From: Solirubrobacterales bacterium
Lineage (GTDB): Bacteria; Actinomycetota; Thermoleophilia; Solirubrobacterales; 70-9
Reading direction: 5' to 3'
DNA length: 64,000 nt
Assembly: GCA_036374655.1 (NCBI GenBank)
Contig: DASUTJ010000078.1
Coordinates: 10,542 to 74,541, forward strand
Part shown: positions 34,598 through 44,613 of the stretch, piece by piece
Layout of the letters: every line of letters begins with the position of its first letter
Numbering within the stretch: position 1 is the first letter of the stretch
The notes under the pieces: model-generated
Told to the model about the DNA's origin: nothing
The model's database searches: none
What the model saw: the letters and a program-made list of their open reading frames with translations, nothing else
Position numbers and translations under genes: made by a program

Positions 34598-35887
34598 ATG
34601 TCAGGGGATGGATCCGACATCGTCGTGATGAAGTTCGGCGGCACCTCTGTTGCCGGCGCCGAGCAGATCAAGCGCGCCGCGGGGCGGATCGTCGCCGCCC
34701 GCGAGGCCGGCAACCGCGTCGTCGCCGTGCTCTCCGCCCGCGGCAAGACCACCGACCAGCTGGTCGAACAGGCGCATGAGATCTCCGAGCGCCCGGTGGC
34801 GCGCGAGATGGACATGCTGCTCTCGACCGGGGAGCGGATCTCCTGCGCCCTCTGCGCGATGGCGATCCACGACATGGGCCACGAGGCGATCTCGCTGACC
34901 GGGTCGCAGGCGGGGATCGTCACCGACTCCTCCCACACCAAGGCGCGGATCATCGACGTCCGCGCCGACCGCATCGCCGAAGCGCTGCAACAGGACCGGA
35001 TCGTGCTCGTCGCCGGCTTCCAGGGGGTCTCGACCGAGAGCCGCGACGTCACCACCCTCGGTCGCGGCGGCTCCGACACCACCGCCGTCGCCCTCGCCGC
35101 CGCTCTGCGGGCCAGCGTCTGCGAGATCTACACCGACGTCTCCGGCGTCTACAGCGCCGACCCGCGAATCGTCCCCGACGCCCACAAGCTCGACCGCGTC
35201 TCCTTCGAGGAGATGCTGGAGATGTCGGCCTCCGGGGCGGGGGTCCTGCAGCTGCGCTCGGTCGAGTACGCGCGCAACCACGGCGTCCGCATCCACTGCC
35301 GCAGCAGCTTCGAGGACGGTCCCGGTACCCTCGTCGTCTCAGAGGAGGAGACCATGGAGAACCCCTTCGTAACCGCAGTCACCCACTCCGACAAGGAGGC
35401 CCGCGTGACCCTCACCGGGCTCCGCGACGAGCCCGGCGTGGCCGGACGCGTCTTCGGCGCGCTGGCCGATGCCAACGTCAACGTCGACGTGATCATCCAG
35501 AACGAGCCCGTCGGCGACGAAGCCCTCGCCGACCTCTCCTTCACCGTCGACCGCTCCGACCTGACCACCGCGAAGGACACGATCGCCGCCCTCGGCGACG
35601 TCTCGCTGCGGGTCCTGACCGACGAGCAGATCGGCAAGGTCTCGATCGTCGGCGCCGGCATGCGCTCCCACCCGGGCGTCGCCGCCAAGGTCTTCAAAGT
35701 CCTCGGCGAGGAAGGGATCAACATCGAGATGATCTCCACCTCGCCGATCAAGATCTCATGCGTCATCCCCGCGGATCGCGTCGCCGACGCCGTCAACGCC
35801 CTGCACAAGGCGTTCGACCTCGGGGAGGACGCGATCCAGCCCGAGGACCCGACCGGCCCCGGCCACCGGCCGACGGTCGCCGGCTGA
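34598..35887 (+). CDS. ask: Aspartate kinase (with a likely in-frame internal start for a beta subunit at 35354)
   Basis: 429 aa. [10 protein letters not shown], kinase domain plus two ACT domains. Internal AGAGGAGGAG-N3-ATG at 35341-35356 is in frame. Confidence 0.95.
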   Translation: MSGDGSDIVVMKFGGTSVAGAEQIKRAAGRIVAAREAGNRVVAVLSARGKTTDQLVEQAHEISERPVAREMDMLLSTGERISCALCAMAIHDMGHEAISLTGSQAGIVTDSSHTKARIIDVRADRIAEALQQDRIVLVAGFQGVSTESRDVTTLGRGGSDTTAVALAAALRASVCEIYTDVSGVYSADPRIVPDAHKLDRVSFEEMLEMSASGAGVLQLRSVEYARNHGVRIHCRSSFEDGPGTLVVSEEETMENPFVTAVTHSDKEARVTLTGLRDEPGVAGRVFGALADANVNVDVIIQNEPVGDEALADLSFTVDRSDLTTAKDTIAALGDVSLRVLTDEQIGKVSIVGAGMRSHPGVAAKVFKVLGEEGINIEMISTSPIKISCVIPADRVADAVNALHKAFDLGEDAIQPEDPTGPGHRPTVAG

Positions 35888-35908
35888 GCGCGGTCATACT
35901 CGATCGAG

Positions 35909-36943
35909 ATGGCCGCTGACGGATACAAAGTCGGAGTGCTGGGCGCAACCGGCCTGGTCGGCAGCGCGATCCTCGAGCTGCTGGCGGCGCGCGACTTCCC
36001 GGTCGCCGAACTGCGGCTGCTGGCCTCCGAGCGCTCGGCCGGGAAGACGATCGAGTGGAAGGGCGAGACGCTGACCGTGCAGGCGGTGGGCGACGACTCG
36101 ATCCAGGGTCTCGACCTCGTGCTCTCCTCGGCCGGCGGCTCGGTCAGCGCCGAGTGGACCCCGAAGCTGGTCGCCGCCGGGGCGACCGTCGTCGACAACA
36201 CCAGCTACTGGCGGATGAAAGACGACGTGCCGCTGGTCGTCTCCGAGGTCAACCCCGACGCCCTCGAGGGCCACAAGGGGATCATCGCCAACCCCAACTG
36301 CTCGACGATGCAGATGGTCGTCGCCCTGAAACCGCTCTACGACGCGGCCGGGATCGAGCGGCTGGTGATCTCCACCTACCAGGCGGTCTCCGGCACCGGC
36401 AAGGGGGCGATCGACGAGCTGCGCGCCCAGGCGCGTGCCGTCGTCGGCGGCTATGACGTCCCCGACCCGCAGATCTACCCGCACCAGATCGCCTTCAACG
36501 CCCTCGCCCAGGCCGGCAGCTTCCCCGAGGGGGACGATCACACCGACGAGGAGCGCAAGCTGATCAACGAGACCCGCAAGATCCTCGGCGACCCCGGGAT
36601 CCGGGTCAGCGCCACCTGCGTGCGGGTCCCGGTCGAGACCGGCCACTCCGAGGCGGTAAACGTCGAGACCCGCGAGCCGCTCGACCCCGAGCGGGCGCGC
36701 GAGCTGCTCGCCGCGGCGCCGGGGGTGACCGTCGTCGACGACCCGGCCGCCGGGCGCTACCCGATGGCGATCGACGCCGCCGGCAAGGACGACGTCTTCG
36801 TCGGCCGCATCCGCCGCGACCCCGGCAACGAGCGCGCGCTCGACATCTGGGTCGTCTCCGACAACCTGCGCAAGGGCGCGGCGACGAACACGGCGCAGCT
36901 CGGCGAGCTGCTCATCCAGCGCGGGCTTTTGAACCGCGGCTGA
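35909..36943 (+). CDS. asd: Aspartate-semialdehyde dehydrogenase
   Basis: 344 aa. VGVLGATGLVG, active-site IIANPNCSTMQ. Confidence 0.95.
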   Translation: MAADGYKVGVLGATGLVGSAILELLAARDFPVAELRLLASERSAGKTIEWKGETLTVQAVGDDSIQGLDLVLSSAGGSVSAEWTPKLVAAGATVVDNTSYWRMKDDVPLVVSEVNPDALEGHKGIIANPNCSTMQMVVALKPLYDAAGIERLVISTYQAVSGTGKGAIDELRAQARAVVGGYDVPDPQIYPHQIAFNALAQAGSFPEGDDHTDEERKLINETRKILGDPGIRVSATCVRVPVETGHSEAVNVETREPLDPERARELLAAAPGVTVVDDPAAGRYPMAIDAAGKDDVFVGRIRRDPGNERALDIWVVSDNLRKGAATNTAQLGELLIQRGLLNRG

Positions 36944-38108
36944 GGCGCCGCAGGGCAAACGGCGCCGCCAGCGTCGTCAACACCGCCATCCCGACGACGA
37001 CCGCGAACAGCTCGGCGTCGACCACCCCCTCGGCGGCGCCGATCGAGGCGATGACGATCCCCACCTCGCCGCGGGGGACCATGCCGACGCCGACGATCGC
37101 GGCCTGGTTGCGCCCCAGCGGGCGCGCCGCCAGGTAGGCGGGCACGAGCTTGGTCGCCGCGGCGATGACGGTGATCGCCGCCAGCAGCCAGAGTGCGTGG
37201 CCGCTGAGCAGCGAGCCGAGGTCGAGCTCGATGCCGATGAAGGCGAAGAAGAAGGGTGGGAAGAACGCGTAGAGCGGCCGCACTTCTTCCTCGATCGAGG
37301 TGTGGTCTTTGGTCTCGGCGACGATCATCCCGGCGAGGAAGGCACCGATCAGCGCCGCCAGGCCGATGTTGGCGGAGAAGGCGGCGAGCCCGAGGCAGAG
37401 GATCACCGCAGGCAACAGCGAGGACTCGGCAAAGCGCGGCGTCTCCAGTAGCCGCGGCCGGCTGCTCAGCAGGCGCGCGCCGCCGAGGGCGACGAAGGCG
37501 ACGAAGGCGATCGCGATGCCGAGGGCAAGGAGGATCTTGCCGGCGTCGACGCCCCCCTCGGCGGCCATCCCGACCGCGACCGAGAGGAGGATCAGGGCGA
37601 GGATGTCGTCGACGACCGCGGCGCCGAGCACCGTGCGGGCGGCGCGCGTGCGGTTGATGCCGAGGTCGAGGAAGGTCGCCGAGGTGATCCCGGCGCTGGT
37701 CGCGGCCAGCGCGGCGCCGAGGAAGACGCTGGTGTCGGTGCCCTCGCCGAGCGCGACGCCGAACCCGATCCCGGCGAGGAAGGGGACCAGAACTCCCGCC
37801 GAGCCGACCGCGACGGCCACTTTGCCGACCGCCCGCATCTCCGAGAGCCGCGTCTCCAGCCCGACCCAGAAGAGGAGGAAGACGACCCCCAGCTCGGAGA
37901 AGACGCGCAGCACCTCGCCGACCTCGACCAAACCCAGCACCGAGGGCCCGACCAGGACCCCGCCAAGGATCTCGCCGACGATCGCCGGCTGCCCGATCCG
38001 CTTGAAGACCTCGTCGCCGAGCTTCGCCGCCAGCAGGACGACGAACAGGTCGGTCAGCACCGAAGCGGTGTCACCAGCGGCTAGGGGGAGGGAAGAGGCG
38101 AAGTCCAA
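36912..38108 (-). CDS. Cation:proton antiporter (CPA2 family)
   Basis: 398 aa. IGQPAIVGEILGGVLVGPSVLGL and LLFWVGLETRL motifs. Convergent 32-nt overlap with asd. Confidence 0.82.
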   Translation of the reverse strand: MDFASSLPLAAGDTASVLTDLFVVLLAAKLGDEVFKRIGQPAIVGEILGGVLVGPSVLGLVEVGEVLRVFSELGVVFLLFWVGLETRLSEMRAVGKVAVAVGSAGVLVPFLAGIGFGVALGEGTDTSVFLGAALAATSAGITSATFLDLGINRTRAARTVLGAAVVDDILALILLSVAVGMAAEGGVDAGKILLALGIAIAFVAFVALGGARLLSSRPRLLETPRFAESSLLPAVILCLGLAAFSANIGLAALIGAFLAGMIVAETKDHTSIEEEVRPLYAFFPPFFFAFIGIELDLGSLLSGHALWLLAAITVIAAATKLVPAYLAARPLGRNQAAIVGVGMVPRGEVGIVIASIGAAEGVVDAELFAVVVGMAVLTTLAAPFALRRLSRGSKARAG

Positions 38109-38240
38109 GAGATTTCAGGGTCGGTTAATCGAGTGCCGACCAGTCTTCCCGGCTCACCTGACGTCAGGCTATCCAAATGAGACAAAGAAATTTCAAATTT
38201 GCAGGCAATACGTAACATATTGTCTGCTACGGTTATTCAC

Positions 38241-38432
38241 ATGGAGAGCAGCCGCGCCCAATGGACCGACGCTCGTCTGGACGATCTCGTGGGGCGGATC
38301 GACAGGCTCGAATCGAAAATGGATGCGCGCTTCAACTCTCTTGACGCCAGGTTCGACCGTCTGCAGCAGACCCTGATCGGCTCGATGGCGAGCGTAATGC
38401 TCGCTTTTGCCGCTCAGATCATCTTCGGCTAA
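38241..38432 (+). CDS. Small tail-anchored coiled-coil protein (XhlA-like architecture), paralogue of 11305..11625
   Basis: 63 aa from ATG 38241 (the track ORF starts at 38199). [30 protein letters not shown] followed by one C-terminal TM. AT-rich region upstream. Confidence 0.5.
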   Translation: MESSRAQWTDARLDDLVGRIDRLESKMDARFNSLDARFDRLQQTLIGSMASVMLAFAAQIIFG

Positions 38433-39343
38433 GCCGCGGCGCCTGCGGTGAGGCGCTCCTCGACCCAGCCGGTCGAGGCGATGTGCTTGCTCATCCCCAG
38501 CTCCTTCGGCTCGGCGCCGAGGGCGAGGCCGACGAGCTGCGGCAGGTGGAGGACGGCGAGGCCGAGGTCGCGGTTGACGACCTTGGCCGCCTCCGGCTGC
38601 TGCATGTCGAGGTTGAGGTGGCAGAGCGGGCAGGGGGTGACGAGGCAGTCGGCCCCGGCGTCGATCGCGTCGCCGACGTGGGTACCGGCCTGGCGCAGCG
38701 AGGTCTCGCGATTCATCGTGATCACCGGAAAGCCGCAGCACTTGCGGGCGCCGTCGTACTCGACGACCTGGCCGCCCAGCGCCTCGATCACCTTCTCCAG
38801 GTAGATGTCGCGGTCGGGGAATTCGCCGTAGCCGAGCCGTTCCTTCGGCCGCACGATGTAGCAGCCGTAGAAGGGGCCGACGCGGAGCCCGCTGAGCGGC
38901 CGCACGACCTGCTCCTTGAGGCGGTCGAGGCCGTAGTCCTCGACCAGCAGCCAGAGGAAGTTCTTGTTGGTGAACCCGTTCTGGTCTTTCTCGTAGGAGA
39001 GGCCCTGGCCGGAGAGGGTCTCGTTGATGTGGGCGCGGTAGGCCGAGTCGGCGTCGAGCCGCTGCTGGCACTCCGACTGCGCGCCCTGGCAGGTCGAGCA
39101 GATGTTCATCATCGAGAGCCCGGTCTGCTGAGCCAGCGCGAAGGTGCGTGCGTTGAGGGTGTCGGCCAGCTCCTGGTTGTGCTCGGCGATGACGCCGGCG
39201 CCGCAGCAGTTGGCGCGGTCGAGTTCGACCAGCTCGATCCCGAGCTTCTGGGCAACCAGCGCCATCGAGCCGTGCAACTCGGGGGTGAAGCCGCGCGAGA
39301 CGCAGCCGGGCCAGTAGGCGACTTTGATCTGATCGGCCATCAT
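38429..39343 (-). CDS. HdrB-like CCG-domain subunit of non-classical succinate dehydrogenase/fumarate reductase (SdhE-type)
   Basis: 304 aa with two CCG motifs: C...NCCGAG...CSTC and C...KCCGFP...CPLC. ATGA overlap with sdhB. Confidence 0.8.
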   Translation of the reverse strand: MMADQIKVAYWPGCVSRGFTPELHGSMALVAQKLGIELVELDRANCCGAGVIAEHNQELADTLNARTFALAQQTGLSMMNICSTCQGAQSECQQRLDADSAYRAHINETLSGQGLSYEKDQNGFTNKNFLWLLVEDYGLDRLKEQVVRPLSGLRVGPFYGCYIVRPKERLGYGEFPDRDIYLEKVIEALGGQVVEYDGARKCCGFPVITMNRETSLRQAGTHVGDAIDAGADCLVTPCPLCHLNLDMQQPEAAKVVNRDLGLAVLHLPQLVGLALGAEPKELGMSKHIASTGWVEERLTAGAAA

Positions 39344-40494
39344 TTCGCCTCCGCGGTGTCGGGATCGGTGGAGCGCTCGATGCCCTTCTCGACGTTCTCG
39401 TCGACGAGCTCACCCTCCTCGCCCTTGATGTACAGGTTGAATTCCTCGCTGTGCTCCTCGGCGTGGGCGTAGATCGCCTTCACGTCGTCCTGGTCGGGGA
39501 GCTTGTGGTGCACGCCCGGGATCAGCTTCGAAAGCGAGCGCATCTTGCCGGTTTTGATCCCGCGGATCGCCGTCGGGATCGAGCCCAGCATTTCCCGGAT
39601 CGCCCGTTTGTTCGGTTTCAGCTTGCCTTTGACGCCGGGGGCGAAGGACTCCTGCAGCAGCAGCGACTCGTCCAGGGTGCCCTTCTTCTCGATGATCTTG
39701 ACGAAGGCCATCTCGTGGTCGTGGCCGCTGTTGGGGTCTTCGATCCCCTCCTCGCCGGCTTTGCGGCGCAGGCGCATGATCTGGTCCATCGGCGCCACGC
39801 CCTTGGGGCAGGCGTCGATGCAGCTGAAGCAGTGGGTGCAGTCGTAGATCCCGTGCGGGTCGTCGGCCAGGTCGTGCAGCCGCTCGTGGGTCTCGGCGTC
39901 GCGCGGGTCGCCGACGAAGCGGTAGGCCTTGGCCAGCGCCGCCGGGCCGATGAAGTCCGGGTCGGCTTCCATCGAGAGACAGGAGGAGACGCAGGCGCCG
40001 CACTGGATGCAGGCCATCGACTGGGTGATGTCGATCATCGACTCCGGCTCGACGACGTACTCGCGCTCGGGCGGCTCGCCGTGCGGCAGTAGCCATGGGG
40101 TGACGCGGCGGATCTTGGTCCAGTGGGTCGACTCCATGTCGGTGACCAGGTCCTTGACGACCGGCATGTTGCCCATCGGCTCGATCACGATCACGTTGCC
40201 GGCGGAGCTGCCGCCGACGGCGCTCGCCTTCTTGTCGGCCAGCTCCTGCGCCTCGCCGATCTGGGTCTTGCAGCCGAGGCCGGACTGGCCGTTGATCTTC
40301 ATCCCGCAGGAGCCGCAGATCGCGGCACGGCAGGAGCAGCGGACGGCCAGCGAGCCGTCGTCGCGATCCTTCGCCTGCAGCAGGCCGTCGAGGACCGAGA
40401 GCGAGGGCTCGAGGTCGACGTTGAACTCCTCCCAGTAGGGCCCCTGGCCGCTCTCGGGCTGGAACCGCCGGACTTTGATCGTGTACTCGGCCAT
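39340..40494 (-). CDS. sdhB: Succinate dehydrogenase/fumarate reductase iron-sulfur subunit with a ~140-aa C-terminal extension
   Basis: Start [11 protein letters not shown] at 40494 (1-nt overlap with the sdhA stop). 2Fe-2[13 protein letters not shown]...[12 protein letters not shown] and [12 protein letters not shown] (CxxCxxCxxxCP). Cys-free basic/amphipathic tail. Confidence 0.85.
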   Translation of the reverse strand: MAEYTIKVRRFQPESGQGPYWEEFNVDLEPSLSVLDGLLQAKDRDDGSLAVRCSCRAAICGSCGMKINGQSGLGCKTQIGEAQELADKKASAVGGSSAGNVIVIEPMGNMPVVKDLVTDMESTHWTKIRRVTPWLLPHGEPPEREYVVEPESMIDITQSMACIQCGACVSSCLSMEADPDFIGPAALAKAYRFVGDPRDAETHERLHDLADDPHGIYDCTHCFSCIDACPKGVAPMDQIMRLRRKAGEEGIEDPNSGHDHEMAFVKIIEKKGTLDESLLLQESFAPGVKGKLKPNKRAIREMLGSIPTAIRGIKTGKMRSLSKLIPGVHHKLPDQDDVKAIYAHAEEHSEEFNLYIKGEEGELVDENVEKGIERSTDPDTAEAK

Positions 40495-42182
40495 TAGTAG
40501 GTCCTCTCTTGCGGTTCCCACTGGGTGATCGTGACCTCGGAGTAAGAAATCTCAGGACCGTCGTCGGTCATCTCGAGGTCGATGTGTTTGAGCCACTCCT
40601 CGTCGTTTCGCTCCGGGTAGTCGGTGCGGTACTGGGCGCCGCGGCTCTCCTTGCGCTCCAGGGCGGCAACGCAGGTGCACTCGGCGTTGTCGAGCATGTA
40701 CCCGAGCTCGATCGCGCCAAGCAGGTCCTGGTTGAAGACGCTGCCGTGGTCGTCGATGTAGGCGGTCTTCGCCTCCTCCTTAAGGCGCTTGACCGTTTCC
40801 AGCGCTTCGGTGATCCCGGCCTCGTCGCGGAAGACGGCGACCTTGGCGTCCATCGTCTCGCCCAGCTCGCGCTTGATCTCGGAGATCCGGCGGCCGGAGC
40901 CCTTCTCGCGCGACATCACGTCGGCGATCATCGTCTCCTCGTCCTCCAGCACCTTCTTGGAGGGGCGGGCGACGTCGATCCGCTTGGCGCGGGCGGCGGC
41001 GTCGCGGCCGGAGCGCTTGCCGAAGATCAGGGTGTCGAGCAGCGAGTTGGCGCCGAGGCGGTTGCCGCCGTGGACCGAGACGCAGGCGGTCTCGCCGGCG
41101 CTGTAGAGGCCGGGGATGTCGGTGCGACCGTCGACGTCGGTCTTGACCCCGCCCATCGTGTAGTGGTTGCCCGGCTTGATGTGGATCGGTTCGCGGGTGA
41201 TGTCGACGCCGGCGAAGTCGCGGCCGACGAGGACGATCTCGCGCAGCGCCTCGTGCACGCGCTTTTTCGGGACCACGGTGATGTCGAGCGCGACGGTGCC
41301 GTCGGGGAAGCCGCGGCCCTCGTTGATCTCGGTCTGCTCGGCGCGGGAGACGACGTCGCGCGAGGCCAGCTCCATCTTGTTCGGCGCGTACTTCTCCATG
41401 AAGCGTTCGCCCTTGGCGTTGAGCAGGTGGGCGCCCTCGCCGCGGGCGCCCTCGGTGATCAGGAAGCCCTTGCCCGCCAGCGTCGTCGGGTGGTACTGGA
41501 TCATCTCCATGTCCATCAGCTTGGCGCCGACCCGGTAGGCCATCGCGATGCCGTCGCCGGTGCAGATAAGAGCGTTGGTGGTCGGCTGCCAGACCTGGCC
41601 GTTGCCGCCGGTGCAGAGGATCACCGACTTGGCCTGGAACAACTCCATGGTGCCGTCGGCGACATTGCGGGTGACGACGCCGCAGCACTCGCCGTTCTCG
41701 TCGATCGCCAGACTGCTGCAGAACCACTCCTCGTAGCGGGCGATCTGCTCGGAGTACTTCATCAGCTGCTCGTAGAGCACGTGCATGATCGCCTGGCCGG
41801 TGATGTCGGCCACGTAGTAGGTGCGGGCGGCGGAGGCGCCGCCGAAGGCACGGGTGCCGAGCTTGCCTTCCTCGTTGCGGTGGAAGGTGACGCCGAGGTG
41901 CTCGAGGTGGAGGATTTCCTCCGGTGCCTCGCGGGTCATGATTTCGACCGCGTCCTGGTCGCCGAGGTAGTCCGAGCCCTTGATCGTGTCGAAGGCGTGG
42001 GACTCCCAGGAGTCGCCTGGGTTCAGGGCGGCGTTGATCCCGCCCTGGGCCGCGTTGGAATGGGAGCGCACCGGGTGGACCTTGCTGATGATCCCGACCG
42101 AAACGCCTTCCTCGGCGGCGGCGAGAGCGGCGCGCTGGCCGGCGAGCCCGGCCCCGATTACGAGTACGTCATGGGATGGCAC
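40494..42182 (-). CDS. sdhA: Succinate dehydrogenase/fumarate reductase flavoprotein subunit
   Basis: 562 aa. [14 protein letters not shown] dinucleotide fold and [10 protein letters not shown] (His for covalent FAD). Confidence 0.92.
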   Translation of the reverse strand: MPSHDVLVIGAGLAGQRAALAAAEEGVSVGIISKVHPVRSHSNAAQGGINAALNPGDSWESHAFDTIKGSDYLGDQDAVEIMTREAPEEILHLEHLGVTFHRNEEGKLGTRAFGGASAARTYYVADITGQAIMHVLYEQLMKYSEQIARYEEWFCSSLAIDENGECCGVVTRNVADGTMELFQAKSVILCTGGNGQVWQPTTNALICTGDGIAMAYRVGAKLMDMEMIQYHPTTLAGKGFLITEGARGEGAHLLNAKGERFMEKYAPNKMELASRDVVSRAEQTEINEGRGFPDGTVALDITVVPKKRVHEALREIVLVGRDFAGVDITREPIHIKPGNHYTMGGVKTDVDGRTDIPGLYSAGETACVSVHGGNRLGANSLLDTLIFGKRSGRDAAARAKRIDVARPSKKVLEDEETMIADVMSREKGSGRRISEIKRELGETMDAKVAVFRDEAGITEALETVKRLKEEAKTAYIDDHGSVFNQDLLGAIELGYMLDNAECTCVAALERKESRGAQYRTDYPERNDEEWLKHIDLEMTDDGPEISYSEVTITQWEPQERTY

Positions 42183-42224
42183 GGGCGCGGATGCTATAGC
42201 GCCGAAATCCGACGGCGTAGTCGG

Positions 42225-42249
42225 AATTCGTCACGTTGCAATTCGTCAC
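42225..42249. promoter_or_regulatory. 10-bp direct repeat (aattcgtcac x2, 15-bp period) upstream of sdhA
   Basis: Copies at 42225-42234 and 42240-42249. Adjacent imperfect inverted repeat cgaaatccgac/gtcggaattcg (42203-42230). Confidence 0.35.
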
Positions 42250-43425
42250 TTAGAGCCAGCCGCGGCCGAGTCGCCGGGTGGCCGAGTCGCTGACCTCGAT
42301 CGCCCTTTCGAGAGTCTCGAAGTTGACGTTGGCGGCGATGTCGTTGGGCCAGTGGTAGCGGCCCGGCTGCTTCTGGTCGGTGCAACTGCAGAGCGCCACC
42401 GTCTCGTAGCCGGCGACCCGCGGCTCCAGCGCGTCGGTGCCGTTGTAGGTGCGCAGGTTGGGGTAGAGCCAGACGCCGAGGTCCTCGGCGACCGCTTCGA
42501 CGAACCCGAGGGCGCGGGGCGGGTAGTCGCGCATCTTCAGGAAGCCCTCGCCCTGCAGCGCCAGCAGGTGGGTGGCGCCGAGGGTCTCGAGGCAGAGGAA
42601 GAAGGTGCTCTCCCTGGGCAGCGCGTCGAAGTGGCGCTCGCCGAACGCTTTCATGCCCTCGCTGAAGCTCTCCTCCGATCCGGTCGAGAGGAGGATCACG
42701 CGGACGCCTTCGGGCGGGTCGGCGAGGAAGCGGCGAGCGAGGTCGAGCAGGGCGACGACCGCGGTGCCGTTGTCGTTGGCGGCGGGGACCGACTTGCGAG
42801 CGCCGATGTCGGCCATCGCCCCGATGCTGCCGAGGCCGAGGAAGAGGCCGATCTTGGCGAGCCAGCGCCGGCCCGTCGCCGCGCCGAGCGCCGCCAGGAC
42901 CGGGCCGCCGACCACCGGGGCCATCAGCGGCGGGCTGGTGTCGGTGCGATCGAGCATCCCGAGACGGTCGGCGAGTTCGGGCAGGGCGGGATGGAAGACG
43001 AGTCCGGAGTGGGGAGCGTCGTGGTGGGCGCTGATCACGATCGTGCGCTCGGCCTGCGGGTCGCCGAGCTGGCAGATGACGTTGTAGGTGGTGCGGGTGG
43101 GGAGGAGCCGGCGCATCCGTCGCTGGCCGGGCGGGAAGTCGTCGGCCATGCCGGCCGCCCCGAGCGCGGCCAGCGGCGCGCCGAGCAGGCGCCGGCCGCG
43201 CAGGGCCAAGACGGCGCCGAGTGACCCGAGGGCGGCGCCGATCCCCAGCGGCCACCAGTAGGTGCCGTGGGCGGGCTCGGCCTCGATCCGCGCCTCCGCT
43301 CCCAGCTCGGCGAACCGGTCGACCAGCCACTCGGCGGCCTCTCGCTCGCCGTCGGAGGCCGATGGACGCTCGATCCGCTCCAGTTCCTCGAGCCGCTCCC
43401 GCAGCCAATTCGCCTCGCTGGACAT
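42250..43425 (-). CDS. M28-family metallopeptidase-like membrane protein
   Basis: 391 aa. IVISAHHDA, NDNGTAVVALLDLAR and LLSTGSEESFSEG resemble the M28 zinc-ligand blocks. Hydrophobic insertions are present. Confidence 0.65.
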   Translation of the reverse strand: MSSEANWLRERLEELERIERPSASDGEREAAEWLVDRFAELGAEARIEAEPAHGTYWWPLGIGAALGSLGAVLALRGRRLLGAPLAALGAAGMADDFPPGQRRMRRLLPTRTTYNVICQLGDPQAERTIVISAHHDAPHSGLVFHPALPELADRLGMLDRTDTSPPLMAPVVGGPVLAALGAATGRRWLAKIGLFLGLGSIGAMADIGARKSVPAANDNGTAVVALLDLARRFLADPPEGVRVILLSTGSEESFSEGMKAFGERHFDALPRESTFFLCLETLGATHLLALQGEGFLKMRDYPPRALGFVEAVAEDLGVWLYPNLRTYNGTDALEPRVAGYETVALCSCTDQKQPGRYHWPNDIAANVNFETLERAIEVSDSATRRLGRGWL

Positions 43426-43458
43426 TGCGTCGGGAAGCTAGCCGCTTACCATGGGCAC

Positions 43459-44613
43459 ATGCTCGGCGGTGGGTCGATCACCCTCTTCCATTTCCGCGGG
43501 ATCAAGGTCACCGTCGACTGGTCCTGGTTCATCGTGCTGTTCCTGGTCATCTTCTGGATGACCGGCCGGTTCGAAGACATCCTGGGCGAATCAGGGACGA
43601 CGCCCTTCGGGCTGGCCCTGCTCAGCGCCGTCGGCTTCTTCGGCTCGATCCTCCTGCACGAGTTCGGGCACGCGATCGTGGCGATGCGCAACGGCATCGG
43701 CATCTCCAGCATCCAGCTCTGGATCTTCGGCGGGATGGCGCGGATGGACCGCGAAGCCGACTCGCCGGCGACCGAGATGAAGGTGGCGCTGGCCGGCCCG
43801 GCGGTGACGGCGGCGATCGTCGTCTTCTTCGCCGCGATCGGCATCCTCGCCGACGGCTGGTCGGGGTTCCGCGAGGCGGCGATCCTCGAAACCAACTCGG
43901 ACGTCTCCGGACTGATGGTGCTGGCCGCCTGGCTGGCGACGATCAACCTCCTGATCCTGATCTTCAACCTGCTGCCGGCCTACCCGATGGACGGCGGCCG
44001 CGTCGCCCGCGCGCTCGCCTGGTGGAAGACCGGCAACCGCAACTCGGCGACCCGCTTCGCCGCCAACCTCGGCCGCGGGTTCGGCTACCTCTTCATCGGG
44101 GTCGGCCTCGTCCTTGCTTTCAGCGGCGACCTCTTTGGTGGTGTCTGGCTCGCCCTGATAGGGATGGTGATCAACGGCTCCGCCCGCGGGGCGGCGATGC
44201 AGACGGCGATGACGAGTCGCATCGGCGACGTCCGGGTAGCCGACGTGATGGATCGCGAGCCGGTGGCCATCCCCGGCGACCTCAGTGTCGAGCGCGCTCT
44301 GGACGAGTACTTCCTCCGCTACCGCTGGCCCTGGTTCCCAGTGGTCGACGCCGCCCACCGCTTCCTCGGCCTGGTCCAGCGCGACCGCGCCGACGAGGTC
44401 CCGGAGATCTCCCGCGCCAGCTCCCACGTCTCCGACCTGGTCGACCACGACATCGGCCTCTTCGTCCGCGACGACACCCCCCTCGACTCGCTCCTCGCCA
44501 ACCAGAACCTCCGCCGCCTGGGGGCGCTGATGGCCGTGGACGCCGAAGGCCGCCTCAGCGGCGTGATCACGATCGAGCAGGTCGGCCGCGCGCTTCGGGA
44601 CGCCTCTCAGTGA
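43459..44613 (+). CDS. Site-2 protease family (M50) zinc metalloprotease with C-terminal CBS pair
   Basis: Start MLGGGSITLFHF inside track ORF 43267..44613. HEFGH, NLLPAYPMDGG and CBS-like repeats. Confidence 0.82.
   Translation: MLGGGSITLFHFRGIKVTVDWSWFIVLFLVIFWMTGRFEDILGESGTTPFGLALLSAVGFFGSILLHEFGHAIVAMRNGIGISSIQLWIFGGMARMDREADSPATEMKVALAGPAVTAAIVVFFAAIGILADGWSGFREAAILETNSDVSGLMVLAAWLATINLLILIFNLLPAYPMDGGRVARALAWWKTGNRNSATRFAANLGRGFGYLFIGVGLVLAFSGDLFGGVWLALIGMVINGSARGAAMQTAMTSRIGDVRVADVMDREPVAIPGDLSVERALDEYFLRYRWPWFPVVDAAHRFLGLVQRDRADEVPEISRASSHVSDLVDHDIGLFVRDDTPLDSLLANQNLRRLGALMAVDAEGRLSGVITIEQVGRALRDASQ

Noticed and set aside
40509-42293. 594-aa plus-strand ORF
   Set aside because: Antisense to sdhA. 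No motifs. Mirror-frame artefact.
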